64,000 nucleotides of DNA from an uncultured Candidatus Rokubacteria bacterium (GCA_963805625.1 CAWDVE010000019.1:544001-608000), one strand, 5' to 3'. Positions 32,631 through 42,368 are shown, counted from the stretch's first letter. Made by a program: numbers and translations. The notes: generated by a model from the letters alone, not told the origin.

Positions 32631-34589
32631 CTAGGCTCCCGGACGCTCCCGAGGGATGTCGAGGACGAACGTCGCGCCGCCGCCCGGTGTGTCCTCGAGG
32701 CGGAGGTTCCCTCCGTGCGCCTGCAGGATCTCGCGCGAAACCGCGAGACCCAGGCCCGTGCCCTCGCCGGGCGGCTTCGTGGTGAAGAACCAGTCGAAGA
32801 TCTTCGCCTTCACCTCGGCCGGGATGCCGGGCCCATCGTCGATGACCTGGATGTCGACCATCTCCCCGCGCTGGCGGGTGCGCACGGTGAGGTTCCGGCC
32901 CTTGTCAGCGGACTCCATTGCCTGCCGCGCGTTCCCCAGGAGGTTCATCAGCACCTGACCGAGGCGGTGCGGGTCGGCCGTGACGCGGGGCAGGTCGGTC
33001 TGGAAGTCCCCGACGAGCTTGATCCCGGCCACGGAGCACTGGGGGCGCTCGAGGTCCATCGTCTGCTTGATCAGGGCATTGAGGTCGACGGCCTCGAACG
33101 TGGGCGGGCGCGGCTTGGTCATGGTCAGGAGCTCGCGCACGAGGCGCTGGGCACGCTGGGCGGCGTGGATGATCTGGCCGGACCGTTCGCGGCTGGTCCC
33201 ATCGGCCTTCGGATCGGACTGGATCATCTGTGCGAGCGTCATCAGCGCCGTGAGCGGGGCATTGATGTCGTGGACCAGCCCGGCCATGCTCTGGCCGATC
33301 GTCGCGAGACGCTCGACCTCCACGAGGTGCGCGCGCGCCTGGCTGACCTGGTCCTGGAGGGCGCCCGCCACCGCGGCCCGATCCTCGCGCGCCAGCGCCA
33401 CCCCGATCTGGCCGGCCAGTCCCGCCAGGACCCGCAGCTCCTCGGGAGGCAGATCGAATCCGGGGTCATCCCACGACAGCGCCAGGAGGCAGCGCGGGCT
33501 GGCCTCGCCGGAGGGGATCGGGAGCACGAGCCACGGCGTGCCCGCGTGGCGGAGCCAGGCCGGCGCACCCGTGAGTGGGATCCCCGCGATCCAGGCGGGC
33601 TGGCCGTGCTCGAGAAGGCGGGTCAGGTCGTCGTTCAGCGGGAGTGTGGTTCCTTCGAGTGCTCCCTGGTCGAGGGGACCGGTGTCCCAGCCCGCGACCG
33701 CGGCGAGTGTGGCACTGTCGGGCGCGGACGCGAGGAACGCCAGCGCCTGGCTGGAGCGGAACGCCGTCGCCAGCCGCGGCATCACGGCTCTGAGCGCCCG
33801 TGCCGGCTCGGCGCCCGTCACGAACGCGTCGACGACAGCCAGCAGCGCCTCGATGGCGCGGGTGCGAGCCTGGGCGCGCTGGAGGAGATTCGCCTGGTCG
33901 ATCGCGAGGGCTGCCGTGCCGGCGAACAGCCGGAGGACGGCGAGGTCGCTCGAGGTGAAGCGGGGCCTATCCGCGAGGCGGTTGGCGTTGAGAACGCCCA
34001 CCACCCGGCCGCCCACCTCGAGCGGGACCGACACGGCCGACTGGATGCGGCCTCCCTTGGGGACGAGGTTCGGGAACCGCGAGAGGTCGTCGCCCTCGCT
34101 CAGCAGCACCGGGCTGCCGGTCTGGGCTACCCAGCCCGCCACGCCTTCGCCCAGGCGCGATCGCTGCTGCCACGTCTCGGCCTCGCCGGCCGGGGTACGC
34201 GTGGAGGATGCGACGCGCAGTTCGTCCCCCTCCACGAGCATCAGCGAGGCCTCGTCGGCGCTCAGCGAGTCGGCGGCGCCGTCGACGACGTGGCGAAACA
34301 GCTCGTCGGGGGTGACCTTGTTCGAGAGGAGGCTGAGCGTGAGCTCCTGGACCCGGAGGATCTCGTCCCACCGCTCGCCACCCTGGCTTCCGGTCCCCGA
34401 CCCTGAGCCCGCGGCCCCTTCGACCTCTGCCGCGGACGGCCGTCCGGCGCCGCGGCTGACCCTGGCGAGCCAGTCCCTCAACCGCTCGATCAACGGGTGA
34501 TTCTGGAGCGCCACCCAGCCTCCATGGTCAGGAGTAACCGCCTTCCCAGGATCCTGCCCCAGTCTACCAGGGGGGCTCGGTTTGTACAT
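32631..34589 (-). CDS. Cytoplasmic GAF-GAF sensor histidine kinase
   Basis: LGEGVAGWVAQTG GAF; H-box LVHDINAPL; NARQAM, DDGPGI, GTGLGL; the true start is probably downstream of 34589. Confidence 0.9.
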   Translation of the reverse strand: MYKPSPPGRLGQDPGKAVTPDHGGWVALQNHPLIERLRDWLARVSRGAGRPSAAEVEGAAGSGSGTGSQGGERWDEILRVQELTLSLLSNKVTPDELFRHVVDGAADSLSADEASLMLVEGDELRVASSTRTPAGEAETWQQRSRLGEGVAGWVAQTGSPVLLSEGDDLSRFPNLVPKGGRIQSAVSVPLEVGGRVVGVLNANRLADRPRFTSSDLAVLRLFAGTAALAIDQANLLQRAQARTRAIEALLAVVDAFVTGAEPARALRAVMPRLATAFRSSQALAFLASAPDSATLAAVAGWDTGPLDQGALEGTTLPLNDDLTRLLEHGQPAWIAGIPLTGAPAWLRHAGTPWLVLPIPSGEASPRCLLALSWDDPGFDLPPEELRVLAGLAGQIGVALAREDRAAVAGALQDQVSQARAHLVEVERLATIGQSMAGLVHDINAPLTALMTLAQMIQSDPKADGTSRERSGQIIHAAQRAQRLVRELLTMTKPRPPTFEAVDLNALIKQTMDLERPQCSVAGIKLVGDFQTDLPRVTADPHRLGQVLMNLLGNARQAMESADKGRNLTVRTRQRGEMVDIQVIDDGPGIPAEVKAKIFDWFFTTKPPGEGTGLGLAVSREILQAHGGNLRLEDTPGGGATFVLDIPRERPGA

Positions 34590-34684
34590 ACTTGGACTTT
34601 GTATGAAATCGCTTGGTGTGCACGGCGGTTCGTGCTACGGTCCAGGCGCTGGCCGGGGTCTCGGTCCTGTCGACCGGAAATGGC

Positions 34685-34699
34685 TGGCACAGGCACAGC
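34685..34699 (+). promoter_or_regulatory. Weak candidate sigma54 promoter of the lipoprotein gene
   Basis: TGGCAC-AGGCA-CAGC keeps GG-N10-GC but lacks the TT. Confidence 0.25.
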
Positions 34700-34725
34700 C
34701 GGGGCGCCCGGCAGGGGGAGGAGCG

Positions 34726-35139
34726 ATGCGCACGAGACATCTGATCATCCTGGGGGTGGCCGCGGCCATCGGCATGGGCTGCTCGGCCAACAGTCTGAGG
34801 ACACAGAAGGACGACGGGTTTGCCCACGTGTCCCAGTCGCTGCCCGATGGGGAGTGGATCTACAATCCGTCCCTCCCCACTCTGTCGAAGCTTCCGGACC
34901 CGACGTGGGTGGGGTTCTCCTCGACCCCGAGCGCCTACGGGCACCCGTTCCGCCCGCTCGCGTTTGTCGTTTACCCGTTCGCCGTGGCGTTTGACTGGGC
35001 GGTGGTGAAGCCCCTCTACATGCTCGGTGGGCTGGCGCCCGAGTGGTTCGGTCTCAACTCGGATGACGCCCAGACCTACCAGAGCCACATGCCGGAGCTG
35101 ACCATCTCAAAGGACGCGCCGCGCAACCGCTTCGAGTAG
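34726..35139 (+). CDS. Hypothetical lipoprotein
   Basis: RBS GGAGGAG; MRTRHLIILGVAAAIGMGC lipoprotein signal. Confidence 0.75.
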   Translation: MRTRHLIILGVAAAIGMGCSANSLRTQKDDGFAHVSQSLPDGEWIYNPSLPTLSKLPDPTWVGFSSTPSAYGHPFRPLAFVVYPFAVAFDWAVVKPLYMLGGLAPEWFGLNSDDAQTYQSHMPELTISKDAPRNRFE

Positions 35140-35202
35140 GCGCCCCCCGTCGAGCGAGATTCCGGGAAGGACAGGGAGCCGTTTGCCCACGAGAGGCACC
35201 CT

Positions 35203-35811
35203 CTATTCGCGGCGCTTGTGGGCCTGGAGGCCGCGTTCCCAGAGGTACTCGGGCTCTCCTAGCCGCCGAGCGGTCCATCGCGAGAGCACGAACAGGAGAT
35301 CGCTCAGCCGGTTGACGTAGCGGAGCGGCCACTCCGAGACGGGCTCTCCCCGCGAGAGCCGCAGGATCTCTCGCTCGGCGCGGCGACACACCGTCCGGGC
35401 CTGGTGGAGAAACGCTCCCACCCGGCCGCCTCCCGGGAGCACGAACGACTTGAGCGGCTCGAGCTCCTTCTGGCAGCGGTCGATCAGCTTCTCGAGCTCG
35501 GTCACGTCCGCCGCCCCGACCCGATACATCCCCTCGTAGACGGCGTCCTCGGGCGTCGCCAGCTCCGACCCAAGGTCGAACAGCTGGTTCTGCAGCCGGC
35601 GGAGCGTCTCGTCGAGCCACCGGGGGCCTTCGCCTTCCGCGAGCCGCTCGGCATTGAAGACCCGCGCCAGGCCGAGGATCGCGTTCAGCTCGTCGACCGT
35701 CCCGTAGGCCTCGATCCGGGGCGCGTCCTTCGGCACGCGGCGGCCGCCGACCAGCGCCGTCTGCCCGCGGTCGCCGGTGCGCGTGTAGACGCGCGTGATG
35801 CGGATCGCCAT
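35203..35811 (-). CDS. pduO: PduO-type corrinoid adenosyltransferase
   Basis: VYTRTGDRGQT, RIEAYGTVDELN, ARTVCRRAER, YVNRLSDLLFVLSR. Confidence 0.95.
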   Translation of the reverse strand: MAIRITRVYTRTGDRGQTALVGGRRVPKDAPRIEAYGTVDELNAILGLARVFNAERLAEGEGPRWLDETLRRLQNQLFDLGSELATPEDAVYEGMYRVGAADVTELEKLIDRCQKELEPLKSFVLPGGGRVGAFLHQARTVCRRAEREILRLSRGEPVSEWPLRYVNRLSDLLFVLSRWTARRLGEPEYLWERGLQAHKRRE

Positions 35812-35942
35812 GGCTTCCTCTCCTCCTCGCGTCGACGCTCGGTGGCCTCCACGCATACCGCGTCACCGACGCGACGTCAACGCGCCCGGGTGCACTGGCC
35901 AGTGGATCGACCGCGCCGGTACGGCCGGCCGCCATGGCCGGC

Positions 35943-35972
35943 TTGACGCCACCCCGCGAGGCTCTCGATACT
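35943..35972 (+). promoter_or_regulatory. Candidate sigma70 promoter of the cupin-LLM-HAD-coxL-like operon
   Basis: TTGACG-N18-GATACT. Confidence 0.4.
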
Positions 35973-36013
35973 AAACGGGCGCCGCGCCGAACCCCATCGG
36001 AGGAGACTCGCGA

Positions 36014-36382
36014 ATGTCGAAGCCCGAGCTCGAGTTCTTCGCGCCCGACCACATTCCCTGGCAGCCCGTCGCCGGCTCGACCACCGGCGGGGCGGGGGGG
36101 CCGGGCGTCGAGCAGAAGATCCTGGCCCTCGATCCGGAGAGCGGAGACGTCACCCGCCTCCTCCGGTTTGCGGCGGGCGTCGAGACCCGGGAGACGATCA
36201 CCCACGACTTCTGGGAGGAGGTCTGGATCCTCGCCGGCGAGCTGATCGACCTCGGGAAGGAGCAGACGTTCACGGCCGGGATGTACGCGTGCCGCCCACC
36301 GGGCATGGTCCACGGACCCTACCGCGTGCCGCGTGGATGCACCACCCTGGAGCTCCGTTACGGGAAGACGACGGCGCGATGA
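36014..36382 (+). CDS. ChrR-like cupin protein
   Basis: THDFWEEVWILAG, GMYACRPPGMVHGP. Confidence 0.85.
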   Translation: MSKPELEFFAPDHIPWQPVAGSTTGGAGGPGVEQKILALDPESGDVTRLLRFAAGVETRETITHDFWEEVWILAGELIDLGKEQTFTAGMYACRPPGMVHGPYRVPRGCTTLELRYGKTTAR

Positions 36383-36426
36383 CGTCGCCATGCTCCGGCT
36401 CGGCCGGGTAAGGGGGATAGGGAGAC

Positions 36427-37434
36427 ATGGCCAAGCTCAGATTCGGCGTGTGGATTCCGACCTACGCGTGGGCGGACGACCCCGGGACCCCCGACAGCGT
36501 CCGGGAGAACGCGGCCAAGGTCCGGGACTCGGTACTCAAGTGCGAGGAGCATGGGATCGACGTCTGGGTGATCGATCATCTCCTCTCGGCGCCCGGGCTC
36601 TACGGCAACGCGTGGCTCGAGCCGCTCAGCGTGCTGTCGTACGCCGCCGCGCTCACCGCGCGCGTCAAGCTGGCGACCGGGATCCTGGTCCTGCCCGTCA
36701 GGCACCCCGTGATGCTCGCGAAAGAGATCTCGACGCTGTGCCATCTCTCGCAGGGCCGCTACCTGTTCGGCGTGGGGCCGGGCTGGTACGCGCGGGAGTA
36801 CGAGGTCACCGGCACTCGGATCGAGGAGCGCGGGAAGCGGACCGACGAGCTCATCGAGGCGGTGCTCCTCCTCCTCTCGCGGCCCAACGCGACCTTCCAC
36901 GGCCGCTACTACCGCTTCGACGACGTGACGATTGACCCGAGACCGCCGGAGCTGCCGGAAGTGTGGGTCTCGGGCGGGTCGCGGATCCCGGATCCCGGAG
37001 AGCACGACGTGCCGAAGCTCGCCACGACCGTGGCCGAGCGGATCGTGCGGGCGGGCAACTGGATCTCGCGATGCTCGGGCAAGCAGGAATGGGTGAAGCG
37101 AGACTGGGAGGACCTGCAGCGCCACGCGGTTCGGATGGGACGTGACCCGAAGGCCCTGGCGTTCGGGCACTGCAACTTCACGCACCTCGTGGAGACGGCG
37201 ACGCACGAGCGGGCGGTCGAGGCGTCCAGGGCGCCGTTCCTGCGCGCGATGGGGACGCATCGGAGCTGGGAGCACTTGCAGGAGTGCTACATGGTGGGCT
37301 CCGTCGACCGGATCAACACGCGCATCGCCGACCTCGTGTCCGCCGGGATGGAGTATATGGTCCTCGGCCCGGTCAGCGACGACCCGAGGCAGATCGACCT
37401 CATCGCCAAGCACGTCATGCCCGCGTTCGCATGA
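36427..37434 (+). CDS. LLM-class flavin-dependent oxidoreductase
   Basis: VWVIDHL, LPVRHPVMLAKE, GRYLFGVGPGW, EERGKRTDE. Confidence 0.92.
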   Translation: MAKLRFGVWIPTYAWADDPGTPDSVRENAAKVRDSVLKCEEHGIDVWVIDHLLSAPGLYGNAWLEPLSVLSYAAALTARVKLATGILVLPVRHPVMLAKEISTLCHLSQGRYLFGVGPGWYAREYEVTGTRIEERGKRTDELIEAVLLLLSRPNATFHGRYYRFDDVTIDPRPPELPEVWVSGGSRIPDPGEHDVPKLATTVAERIVRAGNWISRCSGKQEWVKRDWEDLQRHAVRMGRDPKALAFGHCNFTHLVETATHERAVEASRAPFLRAMGTHRSWEHLQECYMVGSVDRINTRIADLVSAGMEYMVLGPVSDDPRQIDLIAKHVMPAFA

Positions 37435-38069
37435 GCGTGCCGGCTGCCGCCCGCACGCCCATCAAGGCGGTGATCTTCGACATCGGCGGGATCCTCGAGC
37501 CGCCGTTCGACGACGTCCTCTTCGCCGACCTGGCGGGGATGTTCGACATGCCGGAGCCGCGGCTGCGGCAGCACCGCGCGGCGGAGGCCATCACTCTCAG
37601 CGAGGGCCGGATGACGCTCTGGGAGTTCTACGCGCGGGTCGCCCCCGACAGTGGGCGGCTCGTGGACCCGGACGCGGCCGTCGCGCGGCACCTCACGGTC
37701 TACGGGGCGGCAACGGCCCGCCTCGACGCACGCGTGCTCGGGCTGATCCAGGAGCTCAGGCGGCGGCATCTCGTCGCGTGCCTCACGAACACCGAGGTGG
37801 AGGTCGGGCGGTTCAACCGGGAGCGCGGCCTGTTCGCCCCCTTCGACCGGGCGTTCCTGTCCACCGAGCTCGGCCTTCACAAGCCGGGCCGCGCCATCTT
37901 CGAGCGCGTCCTGGCCGAGCTCGGCTGTGCGCCGTCGGAGGCCGTGTTCACCGACGACAAGCTGGAGAATGCCGCGGGGGCTCGCGCGGCCGGCATGCAC
38001 GCGATCCACTACCAGGATTTCGAGGGCTTCTCGAGGGAGCTCGCGGAGCTGGTGAAACCGGGAGCCTGA
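37431..38069 (+). CDS. HAD-family phosphatase
   Basis: AVIFDIGG, LTNT, KP, FTDDKLEN; ATGA overlap with the LLM gene. Confidence 0.9.
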   Translation: MSVPAAARTPIKAVIFDIGGILEPPFDDVLFADLAGMFDMPEPRLRQHRAAEAITLSEGRMTLWEFYARVAPDSGRLVDPDAAVARHLTVYGAATARLDARVLGLIQELRRRHLVACLTNTEVEVGRFNRERGLFAPFDRAFLSTELGLHKPGRAIFERVLAELGCAPSEAVFTDDKLENAAGARAAGMHAIHYQDFEGFSRELAELVKPGA

Positions 38070-38073
38070 GCCG

Positions 38074-40416
38074 ATGGGGGCGAAGTACGTCGGAGCCGAG
38101 GTCCGCCGCCGCGAGGACCCGCGCCTCCTGATCGGGCGGGGGTGCTACGTCGACGACCTCCGCCCGTCCGCTTGCCTCCACGCCGCGATCCTCCGGAGTC
38201 CGCACGCCCACGCGCGGATCCGGGGGATCGGCGTCGATCGCGCACGCACCCACCCCGCGGTGATCGGTTGCTTCACGTATGCGGACCTGGTTCCGCCGCT
38301 CCGGCCGCTCCCCCTCGCCGGTGCGCCCCCGCCGTCGCTCCAGGCTCGCGTCGGCTTCCGCCTGAAGACGGCCGCGCAACTCGCGCTCGCCCACGAGAGG
38401 GTCCGCTACGTCGGCGAGCCGGTGGCGGTGATCGTCGCCACCGACCCGTACGCGGCGGAGGACGCGCTCGACCTGATCGAAGTCGACTACGAGCCGCTCC
38501 CGGCCGTCGTCGACGTCGAGACAGGGCTCGCCCCCGACGCGCCCCTCCTCCACCAGGACTGGGGCGACAACGTGGGCGTCGCCTTCAAGGTGCGGATCGG
38601 GGATCCGGAGCGCGCGCTGGCGGACGCGTCGGTGCGCGTGGGCGCCCGGATTCGCGTGCCCCGCTACGCAGGGATGCCGATGGAGCCCCGTGGAATTCTC
38701 GCCGAGCCCGCCGCGCGCGGTGGGGGCCTGACCGTGTGGGCCTCCACCCAGGTGCCGCACTGGCTCCAGCGCACGCTCTGCGAGATGCTCGATCTTCCGG
38801 CGCACAAGCTGCGCGTCGTCGCGCCCGAGGTCGGTGGCGGCTTCGGGACGAAGGCTTCGATCTACCAGGAGGACGTCCTGATCCCCGTGATCGCGACGCG
38901 CCTCGACCGTCCCGTGAAGTGGATCGAGACCCGACGGGAGCATCTTCAGAGCGCGACCCACTCGCGGGAGCAGCTTCACGACGCCGAGCTCGGCGCGACC
39001 CGTGACGGCCTGATCGTGGCGTTTCGGGACCGCTTCCTGCTGGATCTGGGCGCGTATAACCCCTGGGGCATCGTCCAGCCGTACAACACCGTTGGCCACA
39101 TCCTGGGCCCGCACCGGATCAGGAACGCGGCGTTCGACGGCCAAGCCGTCGTGACCAACAAGACGCCCCACGCGCCGTATCGCGGGGCCGGGCGGCCCGA
39201 GGCCGTCTTCGTGATGGACCGTCTGCTCGACATGCTCGCCCGCGAGGTGGGACTCGATCCAGGGGAGCTTCGCCGGCGGAACCTGGTCAGGCCGGACGAG
39301 ATGCCCTACGACGTGGGGATGCTGTACCGCGACGGGAACCCCCTCGTGTACGACGGGGGCGACTTTCCCGACGGGTTAGCCCGGGCGCTCCGGGCGGCCG
39401 ACTACGACGGCCTGCGCGCCGTGCAGGCCGGGCTCCGGGCGCGGGGGATCTATCGGGGCGTGGGCATCTCCTCGTACGTCGAGGGCACCGGGGTCGGACC
39501 GTACGAGGGCGCGACCGTGCGACTCGACGCCTCGGGCAAGGTGCTGGTCGCGACCGGCGCGTGCTCGCAGGGGCAGGGGCACGAGACCGTTTACGCCCAG
39601 ATCGCGGCGGATGTGCTCGGCGTCGGTCTCGAGGACATCACGGTGATCGGCGGCGACACGGACGCGATCCCGTTCGGCATCGGGACGTTCGCGAGCCGCA
39701 GCACGGTCCTCGCGGGGAACGCCGTGGCGGCTTCGGGGGCGACCGTCCGGGCCAAGCTCGTCCGGGCCGCGGCCCGGCTTCTCGAGGCCGCCGAGGCCGA
39801 TCTCGAGGTGGAGGATGGCCGCGTGTTCGTCCGCGGCAGCCCGGGCCGCGCGCTCACCTTCGCGAGCATCGTGCGCGGGAGCCTGCCGACGTTCCAGGCC
39901 CTGGGAGCCGTCGACCCCGACTTCGAGGCGACCACGTACCAGGGTGTGCCCACCGTGACCTACGCGAGCGCGGTCCACGTGGCGGTGGTCGAGGTCGATC
40001 CCGAGACGGGCCGCATGCGCCTCCTCCGCTACGTGGTCGCCCACGACTGCGGCCGCGTGATCAACCCGATGCTCGTGGACGGGCAGATCCACGGCGGGGT
40101 CGCCCAGGGGATCGGCGGTGGCCTCGGCGAGGAGATCGTCTACGACTCGGCGGGGCAGCTGCTCACCGGCTCCCTGATGGACTACGCCGTACCGCGGGCC
40201 GACGAGCTACCGTTCATCGAGACGGTCCACCTCGAGCATCCCTCGCCGCGCAACCGGCTCGAGGTCAAGGGCGTCGGGGAAGGGGGCGCCATCTCACCGC
40301 CGGCGGCCCTCGCCAATGCCATCGAGGACGCCCTGGCGCCGTTCGGCGTGCGCATCACCGAGGGCCCGGTCACCCCGGCCCGGATCGTCGCGCTTCTGAA
40401 CGGGGTCAGACTTTGA
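38074..40416 (+). CDS. Xanthine dehydrogenase family molybdopterin-binding large subunit (CoxL-like)
   Basis: RREDPRLL, VGGGFGTK, PYRGAGRPE, QGQGHET, GQIHGGVAQGIG, KGVGEGG. Confidence 0.93.
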   Translation: MGAKYVGAEVRRREDPRLLIGRGCYVDDLRPSACLHAAILRSPHAHARIRGIGVDRARTHPAVIGCFTYADLVPPLRPLPLAGAPPPSLQARVGFRLKTAAQLALAHERVRYVGEPVAVIVATDPYAAEDALDLIEVDYEPLPAVVDVETGLAPDAPLLHQDWGDNVGVAFKVRIGDPERALADASVRVGARIRVPRYAGMPMEPRGILAEPAARGGGLTVWASTQVPHWLQRTLCEMLDLPAHKLRVVAPEVGGGFGTKASIYQEDVLIPVIATRLDRPVKWIETRREHLQSATHSREQLHDAELGATRDGLIVAFRDRFLLDLGAYNPWGIVQPYNTVGHILGPHRIRNAAFDGQAVVTNKTPHAPYRGAGRPEAVFVMDRLLDMLAREVGLDPGELRRRNLVRPDEMPYDVGMLYRDGNPLVYDGGDFPDGLARALRAADYDGLRAVQAGLRARGIYRGVGISSYVEGTGVGPYEGATVRLDASGKVLVATGACSQGQGHETVYAQIAADVLGVGLEDITVIGGDTDAIPFGIGTFASRSTVLAGNAVAASGATVRAKLVRAAARLLEAAEADLEVEDGRVFVRGSPGRALTFASIVRGSLPTFQALGAVDPDFEATTYQGVPTVTYASAVHVAVVEVDPETGRMRLLRYVVAHDCGRVINPMLVDGQIHGGVAQGIGGGLGEEIVYDSAGQLLTGSLMDYAVPRADELPFIETVHLEHPSPRNRLEVKGVGEGGAISPPAALANAIEDALAPFGVRITEGPVTPARIVALLNGVRL

Positions 40417-40506
40417 CTTCCCGACATTTCCTCTTCCGGAATCAGATCGTGCTTCCGGACCACTCAGCGGAAAAATGTCGGGGAATGAAAGTCTGACCCC
40501 ATTCAG
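40396..40506. repeat. Long imperfect inverted repeat (REP/MITE-like) spanning the stops of two convergent genes
   Basis: GGGGTCAGACTTTGACTTCCCGACATTT versus rev. comp. GGGGTCAGACTTTCATTCCCCGACATTT (25/28), extending outward with CTGAA(C/T). Confidence 0.85.
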
Positions 40507-40998
40507 GGCTTGATGCCCAGCAGGCGGGCGTCGCCGCTCAGCCTGAGCTCGATGCGGAGGCGCACGGTGCCCGGGCTGCGATCGTTCCCGAAGAGGTAGG
40601 AGTAGAAGCCGGGGGCGTCGGGCGCGCAGCGAACCGTCGCGCGGGCTGCCGCCCCCTGGGCGAGGACAACGAAGGTCGCCGGCGACTCCTCCACCGGATG
40701 GGAATGGAGGTTCCAGGTCACCTCGCCGCCCTCCGCCGTGACCTCGGCCACCGCCTCCGCGCCGGCGGCGAGCCGGAGATCGATCTCGGCCCACATCCCG
40801 GGATAGAGCGTCCACGAGAAGACCATGCTTCGCGGCGCGTCCGGCGTGCCCGCCGAGGTCTGCGCGAGCACCGGCCCGCCGCCGGGGCCCGCCGCCACCG
40901 CGGGGCTGCCGGTCGCCGCCAGGGGCGGCGAGGATCGACGCCAGGAAGGGCAGCCGCACCGCGCCAGCTTGCCAGCGATCCCCGGGCGCCGCTACCAT
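40503..40998 (-). pseudogene. Exported hypothetical beta-sandwich protein with apparent +1 frameshift in the signal peptide
   Basis: Removing one base of the G4 run at 40922-40925 joins MVAAPGDRWQAGAVRLPFLASILAA to LAATGSPAVAAG...WNLHSHP; could be a sequencing error. Confidence 0.55.
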
Positions 40999-41083
40999 GT
41001 GTTGGCGGCCCTCGGGGGCGTGGGCGGACAGACCGGCATTCCCGGTCGGACGGCTTCCGGCGGCTCGAAGGGAGCAACACCTC

Positions 41084-41776
41084 GTGCGTGTCGTCCGTGG
41101 CATCCTCGGGGCGATCCGGGGACACCCATGGGTGTTCCTGGCCATTGCCGTGACCGTGGTGGGGCTCTCGATCCTGGGCCCGCCGGCGCTCCTCTCCGTC
41201 GCGCGCCGGCCCGTCGACTACTTCGCCTTCAATCCCTGGCTGAAGGGTCTTCCGGCGTACGTCCTCTCGTCGACGATCCCGCTCGAGCAGAAGCTCCAGA
41301 AGCTCCCCGCTCTCGCCCTCTTCTGGTTCTCTTCGGACAGCCCCTACGGCGGCACCGAGTGGGGCTTTGCGGTGGACGTCACTGACATGGCGCGCATCCT
41401 GCTCCTGGCCGGCCTCTTCGGCGCGTACTTCGCCCTCCTCGCGCGCCGCCGCGAGGCGTCGGCCGCCCGGGGTGCGGGCTTGGCGGCCACCCGCCGGGGC
41501 GGCATCGCGGGGATGCTGACGAGCGTCGTGGGGCTGTCGACCGGGCCGTGCAGCGTCATGGGCTGCGGCGCGCCGGTGCTCCCCGTCGTCGGGCTCGCGT
41601 TCGCGGGGCTGTCCAGCGGGACGCTCGCCTTCCTGGCGGGCCTGTCGCGGGTCACGACGCTGCTGGTCTTCCTGGCGCTCGCGGCGGCCGTCGTCATCCT
41701 GGGCTGGCAGACCGGCCCGGCGCGGGGCGCTCCCGCTACACCGGCGCGCACTCCCGTCCCGCGAACCTCTCCCTGA
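41084..41776 (+). CDS. Hypothetical integral membrane protein with CxxxxC motif
   Basis: RBS AAGGGAG; several TM segments; STGPCSVMGCGAP. Confidence 0.75.
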   Translation: MRVVRGILGAIRGHPWVFLAIAVTVVGLSILGPPALLSVARRPVDYFAFNPWLKGLPAYVLSSTIPLEQKLQKLPALALFWFSSDSPYGGTEWGFAVDVTDMARILLLAGLFGAYFALLARRREASAARGAGLAATRRGGIAGMLTSVVGLSTGPCSVMGCGAPVLPVVGLAFAGLSSGTLAFLAGLSRVTTLLVFLALAAAVVILGWQTGPARGAPATPARTPVPRTSP

Positions 41777-42368
41777 CCCCGGGGAAGCGTCCGAGGAGGT
41801 CTCGGATCGCGTCGCAGCCCGCGACGCTGCCCGGCTGCGGGGGTTGGCCCGAGGCGGTGGCGGTGCGGTGAATGGCGAGGAGCCACGCGTACATCTCCTC
41901 CAGGGCCTCGCTCTCGGACAGCCCCTTGACCTGGACCAGGATGTCGACCGCCTGGGCGTTCCCGTCCAGAGCGATCTGCGCGCGTTCGCGCTCCCGATCC
42001 GCCAGCGAGGTGGCCTTGCTGGGCGCGCGGAGGATCTCGTAGCCGAGCGCTGTCGCGATCACGAGGTCCCGGTTCGTGGCCCGTAGCAGCCGGCGGTTCA
42101 GGTAAAGTCCCCCGCGCGTGTACACGGCCGGGCTCGATGCGTACTGCTGCACGGAGCTGCTCCCGACCCACGACGCGACCGAGACCTCGAGCGGCGCCAC
42201 CATCCGGTAGCGCTGGGCCGCCGCCCGGACGAAATCGCGGATCTGCTGGAGGCTTGCCTCCTCGTCGGGGGCCAGCGGGCCGGTTCCCTGAGCGAAGGCG
42301 GCACACGGCATCGCGGCAAGACAGGCGAGGGCGAGCACGCGGAGGCAGGAGCGGGCGGATGGCCGCAT
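41736..42368 (-). CDS. Exported protein resembling an M48-like metallopeptidase that lacks HEXXH
   Basis: Signal peptide; LVIATALGYEIL at the expected AHELGH position; LDGNAQAVDIL at the ExxAD position. Confidence 0.6.
   Translation of the reverse strand: MRPSARSCLRVLALACLAAMPCAAFAQGTGPLAPDEEASLQQIRDFVRAAAQRYRMVAPLEVSVASWVGSSSVQQYASSPAVYTRGGLYLNRRLLRATNRDLVIATALGYEILRAPSKATSLADRERERAQIALDGNAQAVDILVQVKGLSESEALEEMYAWLLAIHRTATASGQPPQPGSVAGCDAIRDLLGRFPGVRERFAGRECAPV

Noticed and set aside
35812-36010. Cobalamin riboswitch upstream of pduO
   Set aside because: No B12-box or conserved GGGAA/GCCACTG core recognised, and the space is shared with a divergent promoter
38074-40416. Aerobic CO dehydrogenase (form I CoxL)
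   Set aside because: Active-site loop is PYRGAGR, not AYxCSFR; no coxM, coxS or accessory genes
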